From an uncultured Hyphomicrobiales bacterium (lineage in GTDB: Bacteria > Pseudomonadota > Alphaproteobacteria > Rhizobiales > CAZSNL01), in contig CAZSNL010000001.1 in the NCBI GenBank assembly GCA_964608275.1, forward strand, positions 9,088 through 73,087: 64,000 nucleotides of DNA. The letters run 5' to 3'. Position numbers and translations under genes: made by a program. This document shows positions 46,142 to 54,245 of this stretch, piece by piece. Within the stretch, counting starts at the first letter, position 1. Every line of letters begins with the position of its first letter. The notes beneath the pieces were generated by a model. It worked only from the letters and a program-made list of their open reading frames with translations. It made no database searches and had not been told where the DNA came from.

Positions 46142-46840
46142 ATGGAGCCGACAGAAGAGGCGTTGAACTTCCTGAGGTCCCATTCAATGGTGACCGTGAT
46201 CGAACGCAAAATCGAGCGGATGATCCTGAGTGGAGAGCTCACGCCGGGGAGTTGGCTCAACGAGCGGAAACTGGCTGCTCGGCTGAATGTTAGCAGGGGG
46301 CCGGTACGCGAAGCCTGCCGGAAACTCGAAAACGCGGGGCTGGTACAAATTGTCAACAACCGCGGCGTCTTCATCTGCCAGCTCGAATTCCAGGAAGCAA
46401 TCGAGCTGGTGGAAATTCGCGCCGAACTCGGTACGCTGTTGGGACGCCGCGCAGCGGAAAACGCACTTCAGGAAGATATAGACCACCTGAATCAAATGGT
46501 CTCTGACATGGACACCATAGTGGCTGAGCATGATATTGAATCGTATCATGTATTAAACCACGAATTTCACAACAAATTGCTAGCATGCGCGAAGAACAAG
46601 CGCCTGGGCAGCATCTTTCAGGGCATGGAGATGGAGTTGCGCCTGTTCCGTCAACAGGTGCTGATCGAGAATTCAGGCCTCGAACAATCGAATGCGGAGC
46701 ATCGGGCAATCGTTTCTGCAATCGCCTCGCGAGACCCGAGGAAGGCAGGTACGGCGGTTGCCAGACACTTGCGTCGTACGCGTGATCGCATGATGAGCGC
46801 GCTGGCTCGAGCGTCCGCCGCTGACAAGGCCAAGGACTGA
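46142..46840 (+). CDS. GntR family transcriptional regulator (FadR/FCD subfamily)
   Basis: Winged HTH LNERKLAARLNVSRGPVREACRKLENAGLVQIVNNRGVF plus an all-helical FCD-like C-terminus. The start could be 46187 (MVTVIERKI). Confidence 0.85.
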   Translation: MEPTEEALNFLRSHSMVTVIERKIERMILSGELTPGSWLNERKLAARLNVSRGPVREACRKLENAGLVQIVNNRGVFICQLEFQEAIELVEIRAELGTLLGRRAAENALQEDIDHLNQMVSDMDTIVAEHDIESYHVLNHEFHNKLLACAKNKRLGSIFQGMEMELRLFRQQVLIENSGLEQSNAEHRAIVSAIASRDPRKAGTAVARHLRRTRDRMMSALARASAADKAKD

Positions 46841-46994
46841 ATGCCTCCTCTCCGGTGATTGCAATGGCGCATGCAAGCGGTTATGTGAAAGCCGGTAGAT
46901 CCGGATGCCCAACTCCTGTCCGGGCGTACGGGCACCGGTGGGCGCCGGTTGCAGATCCGGAAGGATGGTTTGGCGTCGTCTTGCCGCCCGGCAC

Positions 46995-47070
46995 GCCGCT
47001 TTAGCTCAGTTGGTAGAGCACATCATTCGTAATGATGGGGTCGTCAGTTCGAGTCTGACAAGCGGCACCA
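46995..47070 (+). tRNA. tRNA-Thr (anticodon CGU), CCA encoded
   Basis: GCCGCTT/AAGCGGC acceptor stem, D arm GCTC-AGTTGGTA-GAGC, anticodon arm CATCA-TTCGTAA-TGATG, T arm GTCAG-TTCGAGT-CTGAC, then ACCA. 76 nt in total. Confidence 0.9.
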
Positions 47071-47416
47071 CTTTCCTTTCTGCGTTCTGATCCCGCTTTT
47101 CCGTACCACCTGCGCAGATCACCCGGATCGCTCGCCGATAATTGGGGGGTGATGCGGTACGTGCTGATGCCACAATCCGCCATCCTGCCAGGTATTCCGA
47201 CCACAAGGTCGACGGCAGATACAATGCCGCCATGGTGGTCTCTGCCGGACGTCGCGACCCATTCTGTACAATACAATCAAAAGTGGTAGTATATCCGCAC
47301 TCTGCCACCGTTGAGGGCCGACAGGTCGCGGCGGGAGCGGACAAGACAGCCTTGGGTGTCCTGAGGGACGCGTGGCGTTCGTCTCTGGCGCTGCGTACCG
47401 AACGGGGGGAGACACC

Positions 47417-50400
47417 ATGGGTACGCTTGCGCGCGTCGACACACGGGACGGTCGTCGATCGGTCGAGGCACTGAAGGACGAGGTCCGCCGCACCGGATTG
47501 TTCCACGATGACTGGTACAGGAGCAGGTATTACCCTGAGATCCGGTACACGGATGACCTGCTCGTTGACTACCTGATCGACGGTGCGGAAGCCGGCAGAA
47601 ACCCCAACCCCTACTTCGATGTCGCGTGGTACTGCGCGGCCTATCCCGAAGCAGGCGAACCCGTACGCTGCCTCCTGCACTACAGCCGGCGCGGGTGGAA
47701 AAGAGGCCACCGGCCGTGCGCGCACTTTGACCCGCAGCGGTACATCTCGGCCTATCCTGATGTTCGTGAAAGCGGCGCCGAGCCGCTCAAGCACTACCTT
47801 CACAACGGGTACTATGAGCAGCGGCGCATATTCCCGGTCGAGCATCCACGCTCGGCAACCGCCGTCGAGATTGCGCGGAGCGGGCTGTTCGCCGAAGGCT
47901 GGTACCGGGCGTCTCATCCCGACATCGGCGACAACTACGTGGATGCGGTGGAGCATTTCGTCATTCACGGCGCGGGAGAGGGGCGTCGTCCCAACCCGCT
48001 GTTCGACCCTGACTGGTATTCGCGAAACTGCCAGGCGGCAGGGAAGGGTGCTGAGCTGCTACTCCACTATGCCACCACGGGCTGGAAAGAGGGCTTGAAC
48101 CCGTCACCCCGGTTTGACGGCGACCGATATCTCGCCTGCTATGACGATGCCCGGACCGCGGCCATGTGTCCGCTGGCGCACTATCTGACGATCGGGGTGC
48201 TCGACGGCCGGGCCATCTTCGCAGTCACCGGCGCGTGTGACGAACGTCGGAAGGATGGCGAAGCAGATCGATCGCGGGTTCGGGTAGACCAACGGCTGCG
48301 GTTGCTGCTGTCGGGACGGAGCAATGGCGGCCGCCGGGCGAAGAAACCGCGGATCGGTCGCAGGTTTGACCCGTCCAGCCTCGACATTCACTGGGTGATA
48401 CCGGGCTTCGAGGCGGGAAGCGGCGGCCACATGGTCATCTTCCGCGTCGCCGCATTGCTGGAGTCGTTCGGTCACCGACAAACGCTCTGGATTGCCGATC
48501 CTGGCCGCGGTACCGCGGAGGAGATCAGGCGCGATGCGCTGATGCACTTTTTCCCGCTGCGCGCGCGATTTGCACTGCTGCATGAAGGCTTCGCGGCGGC
48601 AACGGGCGACGTGGTCCTGGCAACCGGTTGGGAAACGGTGGCTCCCGTCATGCGCAATCACGGCTTCCGCAACCGGATGTACTTCGTTCAGGACTACGAA
48701 CCCGACTTCTTTCCGAAGGGCAGCAACAGCCTCGCCGCCGAGTCGACCTACCGCTACGATATCGACTGTCTCTGCTCGAGCGCGTGGCTCGAGGATATCC
48801 TGCGCGACCGCTACGGCCGCTGGGTGCGGGCCTTCCACTATGCCGCCGACCGTGGCATGTTCGGTGCCCCTCCCAACGCGAGGTCGGAACGATCGCCCGG
48901 TGAACCGTACCGCATCGCGCTCTACCATCGTCCCGCGACCGCGCGGAGGGCGGGCGATCTTGCGCTTCTCGGACTTGAGGAACTCGCCGCCAGGAAGATC
49001 GACTTCCGGGCCGATTTATTCGGCGGCGTGGACCATCCCGGTGAATTGCCGTTCGGCTTCGTCCATCACGGTGTGCTGCCGGAGCCGGGCCTCGCCGATC
49101 TGTACAGGACCTGCGATGTCGGGGTCGTGTTCTCGTCGACCAATCCGTCGCTCGTGCCGTTGGAGATGATGGCATCCGGCCTGCCGGTGGTTGAGCTCGA
49201 CGGCGAGAGCACCCGTCGCGTGATTCCCGGGAACGTGGTCACTCTCACGCTGCCCGAGCCGGCATCGATCGCAGACGCCATAGAGGGGTTGCTGCACGAT
49301 CCGGAACGGCGGCAGCGGCAGGCCGCGGCCGCACGGGACTGGATCGGCCATTTCGAGTGGGTGGCGACGGCGCGGACGATAGAAGAGGCCATGGTCGAGC
49401 GTGTTGAGGAGCGCGGCTTCAGGCGGTCGGCGCCCCGGATCCAAATCGCGCAGGACACGGTGTCTGTGGTCATCCCCACCCTCAACGGCGGTGACGCATT
49501 GCTGGAGACCGTGAACAGGGTGCGCCGGCAACGGATCAGGCAGGCGATCGAGATCGTCGTTGTCGACAGTCAGTCCGACGATGGAACTGCTGAGGAATTG
49601 CGGCGTGCGGGCGATGTGAGGATGATCACTATCGATCGGGCCGACTTTTCGCACGGTGCGACGCGCAATCTTGCTGTCGATGCGGCGCGAGGCGAGACGG
49701 TCGCCTTGCTGACCCAGGATGCCCTGCCGGTGGATGACTGGTGGCTCGGTAACCTTGTCACCCTGCTCGATACCTATCCCGGTGCAGGCGGAGTTTTCGG
49801 CCGGCATTTCGCCCGGCCGGATGCATCGGCGTTCATCAAGCGCGATCTCATGCTCCATTTCGACGGTTTCGCCGACGGCCCGATTGTCGTGACGAAAGAG
49901 GACAGGACGCGGCTCGGCTCGGCCTGGCATTACTTCAGCAACAACAATTCAGCCATTCGCCGCTCCGTCTGGAAGGACATGCCGTTTCCCGATCTTCCGT
50001 TCGGCGAGGATCAGGTATGGGCCCGCACCATTCTGGACGCCGGCTATCAGAAGCTCTACGCCAATCGCGCGGCTGTCTACCACTCGCACGAGTACGATCC
50101 AGACGGCATCCGGGCACGCGCCGCAATGGAAGCGGGGTACTTCTGCCGCCAGTTCGGCTATGTGCTCGTCGCGTCGGAAGAGGATCTCCTCGAACAACTT
50201 CTGGTGCTCAATGATATCGACATGCGCTGGGGCAGCGGGCGCCAGCTGCCTCAGGCCGAGATAGACGCAAGACTTGCGTTGAACGCGGCCCGGCTGCGGG
50301 GCTTGCTCGACGGCTATCGCGAAGCCCGATACGGGCTGGACATCGAGCCGCCGTCACCAACGGAACTGCAACCGCCTCCTCCTTCAACGCGAGCTACGGG

Positions 50401-50434
50401 GTCGCCGCGGGGCGAGACAGGAGCGCCATCCTGA
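47417..50434 (+). CDS. large multidomain glycosyltransferase: N-terminal repeat array, GT4-like (group 1) domain, C-terminal GT2 (rhamnosyltransferase-like) domain
   Basis: The ATG at 47417 has GGGGGGAG upstream. GT4-type string VFSSTNPSLVPLEMMASGLPVVELDG. GT2-type VSVVIPTLNGGDALLETVNRV...VVVDSQSDDGT...LTQDALP. Confidence 0.8.
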   Translation: MGTLARVDTRDGRRSVEALKDEVRRTGLFHDDWYRSRYYPEIRYTDDLLVDYLIDGAEAGRNPNPYFDVAWYCAAYPEAGEPVRCLLHYSRRGWKRGHRPCAHFDPQRYISAYPDVRESGAEPLKHYLHNGYYEQRRIFPVEHPRSATAVEIARSGLFAEGWYRASHPDIGDNYVDAVEHFVIHGAGEGRRPNPLFDPDWYSRNCQAAGKGAELLLHYATTGWKEGLNPSPRFDGDRYLACYDDARTAAMCPLAHYLTIGVLDGRAIFAVTGACDERRKDGEADRSRVRVDQRLRLLLSGRSNGGRRAKKPRIGRRFDPSSLDIHWVIPGFEAGSGGHMVIFRVAALLESFGHRQTLWIADPGRGTAEEIRRDALMHFFPLRARFALLHEGFAAATGDVVLATGWETVAPVMRNHGFRNRMYFVQDYEPDFFPKGSNSLAAESTYRYDIDCLCSSAWLEDILRDRYGRWVRAFHYAADRGMFGAPPNARSERSPGEPYRIALYHRPATARRAGDLALLGLEELAARKIDFRADLFGGVDHPGELPFGFVHHGVLPEPGLADLYRTCDVGVVFSSTNPSLVPLEMMASGLPVVELDGESTRRVIPGNVVTLTLPEPASIADAIEGLLHDPERRQRQAAAARDWIGHFEWVATARTIEEAMVERVEERGFRRSAPRIQIAQDTVSVVIPTLNGGDALLETVNRVRRQRIRQAIEIVVVDSQSDDGTAEELRRAGDVRMITIDRADFSHGATRNLAVDAARGETVALLTQDALPVDDWWLGNLVTLLDTYPGAGGVFGRHFARPDASAFIKRDLMLHFDGFADGPIVVTKEDRTRLGSAWHYFSNNNSAIRRSVWKDMPFPDLPFGEDQVWARTILDAGYQKLYANRAAVYHSHEYDPDGIRARAAMEAGYFCRQFGYVLVASEEDLLEQLLVLNDIDMRWGSGRQLPQAEIDARLALNAARLRGLLDGYREARYGLDIEPPSPTELQPPPPSTRATGSPRGETGAPS

Positions 50435-50554
50435 GCCGGTGCGGGGTCAAGCGCGGACGCGGTTTTCCGGGGTTGTCTTGCCGATCGGTTGCAGCCGGTC
50501 AGGATCGGGTCGTCTCCGACAACCATGCCGCAGTCCACCGGAGCGGAGCCCGCG

Positions 50555-51256
50555 ATGCCACATCTGCCGATCTTCATGCACCTGACAAAGACCGCTGGCG
50601 GAACCCTCAAGGAGGGCATTCGCCAGGCCGCCGGCATGAGGCCACTGTTCGTATATTCGCCGGATGCCCTGGCCGAATTCGATCGCGAGGAGCACAACAT
50701 CGTCTATGGCCACATGGCTTTCGGCGTGCATGCGACACTCGACATCCCGCCCGAGTACTACTGCTTCCTGCGCCATCCGTGGTCCCGGACGATTTCCCAT
50801 TTTCATCATCTCGCAAACAACGATCGCTCCCGGGTCGGCGACAAGATGCGCCGCTACGACGATATCAACGACTTCTTCCGTCACGGCCGGCACTGGGAGT
50901 TCGAGAACTTCATGTGTCGCATGCTGTCGGGCGTGGCGGACGGCGATTGCGAGGTCGACCGACTGTACGAACTGGCCGCCGACAACGCCGTACGCCATTT
51001 CCGGTTCATCGGTTTTCATGAGTTCTTCGACCTGTCGGTGCTCAAGCTGTCGCACTGCCTCGGGCGGCGCATCAGGATCAGGCGCAACGTCAATGTGGGC
51101 AGCTACGACCGGTTTTCGGTCAACCGCCGGACGGCCGACCGCATCGTGGCCGAGAACCAGGCCGACATGCGCCTCTACCGGTTTTGCCTGACGCAGTTCC
51201 TGGAGCGGTTCGATAGCGGCCGAGACTTTCTGCTCGCCGACTCCCGGCCGTTCTAA
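50555..51256 (+). CDS. sulfotransferase family protein
   Basis: MPHLPIFMHLTKTAGGTLKEGI matches the PAPS 5'-phosphosulfate-binding loop pattern (hIP/LKTGGT) of bacterial sulfotransferase family 2. FLRHPWSRTISHFHH may be the 3'-phosphate motif. An alternative start lies at 50525. Confidence 0.7.
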   Translation: MPHLPIFMHLTKTAGGTLKEGIRQAAGMRPLFVYSPDALAEFDREEHNIVYGHMAFGVHATLDIPPEYYCFLRHPWSRTISHFHHLANNDRSRVGDKMRRYDDINDFFRHGRHWEFENFMCRMLSGVADGDCEVDRLYELAADNAVRHFRFIGFHEFFDLSVLKLSHCLGRRIRIRRNVNVGSYDRFSVNRRTADRIVAENQADMRLYRFCLTQFLERFDSGRDFLLADSRPF

Positions 51257-51301
51257 GCCCCGGACGAGGAGTTCCTCCATGCCGAGGCTTGGCGTCACGA
51301 T

Positions 51302-51316
51302 CCGTATCGTATACGG
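51302..51316. promoter_or_regulatory. inverted repeat CCGTAT-cgt-ATACGG containing the palindrome CGTATACG; GntR-type autoregulatory operator candidate
   Basis: It lies 37-51 nt upstream of the GntR start at 51353. The GT..AC core fits the generic GntR-family operator logic. Confidence 0.4.
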
Positions 51317-51352
51317 TATTCGGAATTTGCTACCGGCCAGCGAGCATGCGTC

Positions 51353-52063
51353 ATGCAGGAGTTGCCGCGCCAGTCCACGATCTTCGACGCCGTCTATGAA
51401 GCGATCCGGGATTCCATCTGCGACGGCGACCTCGCGCCCGGCGAGCGGATCACCCAGGACAACATTGCCGACCGTCTCGGTGTCTCGCGTCAGCCGGTAG
51501 GTCAGGCCCTGATCCTGCTCAAGGCGCAGGGGTTCGTCAGCGATGCCGGTCGGCGCGGCGTCGTGGTTGCGCCGCTGGATGCGCAGAGCGTGAGGGACAT
51601 CTACGCAATTCGCGGTGCGCTGGATTCCCTGGCAGCGCGGCTGGCGGCCAGGCGCGGGCCGGACGGTGCGGCACGCAAGGACGGCGCCCGCCTCATCGCC
51701 GACGGACGGGCGGCTGTCGCGGACGGTGCAAGCCTGTCCACGCTGGTGAGAGCCGACATGGCGTTCCACGAGTTTATATACGAGCTTTCAGGGAATGCCC
51801 TTATCCACCAGTCGCTGCTCACCCATTGGCAGCACCTGCGTCGGGTGATGGCCAGCGTGATCGAGAACACGACATATTTGGACAGGATGTGGCAGGAGCA
51901 CGAGGCGATCCTCGAAGCGATCGCCGCCGGCGACGAGGCGCGCGCCGCTGAGCTGTCACAGAGCCATGTCGAACGCGCGTCGCAGGCGCTTCAGGAAAGG
52001 CTTGCCGTGGTCAGCGGCAGCCATACGCACAGGCAGATCAAATCAAGAGGCACGGGTACATGA
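51353..52063 (+). CDS. GntR family transcriptional regulator (FCD subfamily), first gene of the mutase operon
   Basis: ITQDNIADRLGVSRQPVGQALILLKAQGFVSDAGRRGVVV plus an FCD-like C-terminus. Its stop overlaps the next start (ATGA at 52060). Confidence 0.85.
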   Translation: MQELPRQSTIFDAVYEAIRDSICDGDLAPGERITQDNIADRLGVSRQPVGQALILLKAQGFVSDAGRRGVVVAPLDAQSVRDIYAIRGALDSLAARLAARRGPDGAARKDGARLIADGRAAVADGASLSTLVRADMAFHEFIYELSGNALIHQSLLTHWQHLRRVMASVIENTTYLDRMWQEHEAILEAIAAGDEARAAELSQSHVERASQALQERLAVVSGSHTHRQIKSRGTGT

Positions 52064-52479
52064 CACCTACGGGTTCCCCACAAATCCGCGTCATGCTGGC
52101 CAAGGTCGGGCTCGATGGCCACGACCGCGGCGTCAAGGTCGTTGCGCGGGCGCTGCGCGATGCCGGGATGGACGTGATCTACACCGGACTTCACCGTACC
52201 GCCGAGGAGGTGGCGCTCGCCGCGGTGCAGGAGGACGTCGACGTGCTGGGCATCAGTCTTCTGTCCGGCGCACACATGACGATCTTTCCCAAGGTATTGA
52301 AGACGCTCGAGGAGCAGGACAGCAAGGGCATCATCGTCGTCGGCGGCGGCGTGATGCCCGACGAAGACGCGACAGCGCTGAAGGAGATGGGCGTGAGGGA
52401 GATCCTCATGCAGGACACCCCGCCGAAGACCATTGTTGACACGATCGAGCGCCTCGTCGTCGAGCGCGGACCGCGCTGA
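52060..52479 (+). CDS. hcmB: B12-binding small subunit of an acyl-CoA mutase (2-hydroxyisobutyryl-CoA mutase HcmB-like)
   Basis: IRVMLAKVGLDGHDRGVKVVARALRDAGMDVIYTG carries the DxHxxG cobalamin-binding motif. 139 aa, the size of IcmB/HcmB-type subunits. Confidence 0.8.
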   Translation: MTPTGSPQIRVMLAKVGLDGHDRGVKVVARALRDAGMDVIYTGLHRTAEEVALAAVQEDVDVLGISLLSGAHMTIFPKVLKTLEEQDSKGIIVVGGGVMPDEDATALKEMGVREILMQDTPPKTIVDTIERLVVERGPR

Positions 52480-52502
52480 CGCTGCGAGGACCGGCTGCGG
52501 CG

Positions 52503-54245
52503 ATGACGGGACAGGTTTCCGATTGCAGTGTCGCGGCGGCCGTCGCCCGTCTGTTGCGTGCCCGCGGCACGGAGCGGATCTTCGCGCTGTGTGGCGGCCA
52601 CATCATGCCGTTGTGGATGCGGATCGACGCCGAGGGGATCGCGATCGTCGACGTGCGCGACGAGCGGGCCGCGGTCCACATGGCGCAGGCCCATGCGGAG
52701 GTGACCGGCGGCCTTGGGGTCGCGCTCGTCACCGCCGGTCCCGGCGTCACCAACGCGGTCACCGGCATTGCCAACGCCCATGTCTCGCGCACGCCGGTGC
52801 TGGTGCTGTCGGGAAGCGTCACGCGCCCACAGGCCGGCCGCGGCGCGCTCCAGGACATGGACCACGCTACGCTTGCGCGGCCGATCACGCGTTACGCCCG
52901 CACGGTCTCCGAACCCGGTTCGGTCCTGCGCGAGCTCGACGAGGCGATCGCCAGGGCGTCCGGCGAGGGGGGCGAGCCGGGCCCCGTCCTGTTCGATCTT
53001 CCCGTCGATACCCAGCGGTCCGAACTGCCGGCAGCGGTTGAACTGACCGAACACGTCGCCGCGAAGCCGGCGCCGGTCCTGGTGCCGGAGGCGGCAGCCG
53101 TACGGCGCGCGGCCGAGAAGCTTCTTGACGCCGAACGTCCGCTGGTCATCTCGGGTCGCGGGGCGCGGAAGGCGGGGCCGGAACTCGTCGCGCTGCTCGA
53201 CCGGCTGGACGCCGTCTATCTCGATACCGGCGAGAGCCGGGGCCTCGTCCCGGACGATCATCGTGCCGTGGTATCGTCGATGCGTGGCACCGCCATGCGC
53301 GAAGCCGATCTGGTGCTGACCGTCGGCCGGAGGCTCGACTTTCAGCTGGCGTTCGGTTCACCGGCCGTGTTCGGCGATGCCGAGTTCATCCGCATTGCCG
53401 ACTGCGCCGCCGAGTTGCGCGACAACCGTCGCGGCACGGTCGAACTGCTCGGCAGCATTCCCGAGACGCTGGCCGCCATCACCGAGGCGATCGGCAATGC
53501 CCGGCGCCGTCGCGACACGGCCTGGCTTGCCCGGTTGCGGGAGGGCCACGCGGAGCGGGTGCGGACGGCCCGCAGCAGCATGGCCGAGGCGCCGGACGGA
53601 GGCGATGGCCGGGTGCACCCGAAGCGGCTTCTTTCGGCGCTCCAGGCACGACTCGGACCGGATGCCATCGTCGTCATAGACGGCGGCGACTTCCTGAGCT
53701 TTGCGCGCATCGGGCTGTCGGCTCCGACCATGCTCGATCCGGGTCCGTTCGGCTGCATCGGCGTCGGCGTACCCTACGGCATCGCGGCGAGCCTTGCGCG
53801 CCCGGATGCCCCGGTCGTCGTGGCGACCGGCGACGGCGCCTTCGGGTTCAACGCGATCGAGATCGATACCGCGGTCCGACACAAGGCGCCCCTTCTCATC
53901 GTCGTCGCCAACAACGGCGCCTGGCAGATCGAGGTGCATGATCAGCTGCACACCCATGGCCGGGTGGTCGGGACACAGCTCCAGTTCGCCGACCATGCCG
54001 CGATGGCGCGCGCCTTCGGCATGTACGCCGAGCGGGTCGAACGGGCGGACGATCTCGACGGCGCGCTCGACAGGGCGTTCGCGAACCGCCCGTCACTCGT
54101 CGATGTCGTGGTGACGCCGGAAGCGGTGTCGTCGGACTCACGGACGGGGCTGGCGCAGGTTCCCGACCTGCAGCCGCTTGCCGCCTGGGACGAGGCGGAA
54201 CGGGCGTGGCTGCAGGCGGGGTCCGCGAGCGGGGGAGTGGGATGA
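52503..54245 (+). CDS. thiamine diphosphate-dependent enzyme of the oxalyl-CoA decarboxylase / 2-hydroxyacyl-CoA lyase type
   Basis: N-terminal Pyr domain ALVTAGPGVTNAVTGIANA. Central RGLVPDDH resembles the KGL(L/V)PDNH string of OXC/HACL rather than acetolactate synthase. ThDP motif GDGAFGFNAIEIDTAVRHKAPLLIVVANNGAW. Confidence 0.8.
   Translation: MTGQVSDCSVAAAVARLLRARGTERIFALCGGHIMPLWMRIDAEGIAIVDVRDERAAVHMAQAHAEVTGGLGVALVTAGPGVTNAVTGIANAHVSRTPVLVLSGSVTRPQAGRGALQDMDHATLARPITRYARTVSEPGSVLRELDEAIARASGEGGEPGPVLFDLPVDTQRSELPAAVELTEHVAAKPAPVLVPEAAAVRRAAEKLLDAERPLVISGRGARKAGPELVALLDRLDAVYLDTGESRGLVPDDHRAVVSSMRGTAMREADLVLTVGRRLDFQLAFGSPAVFGDAEFIRIADCAAELRDNRRGTVELLGSIPETLAAITEAIGNARRRRDTAWLARLREGHAERVRTARSSMAEAPDGGDGRVHPKRLLSALQARLGPDAIVVIDGGDFLSFARIGLSAPTMLDPGPFGCIGVGVPYGIAASLARPDAPVVVATGDGAFGFNAIEIDTAVRHKAPLLIVVANNGAWQIEVHDQLHTHGRVVGTQLQFADHAAMARAFGMYAERVERADDLDGALDRAFANRPSLVDVVVTPEAVSSDSRTGLAQVPDLQPLAAWDEAERAWLQAGSASGGVG

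Noticed and set aside
46995-51352. A genomic island or integrative element at tRNA-Thr.
   Set aside because: There is no integrase, recombinase or transposase ORF. I could find no direct repeat of the tRNA 3' end downstream and no visible drop in GC. I report it only as a possibly acquired two-gene cassette.
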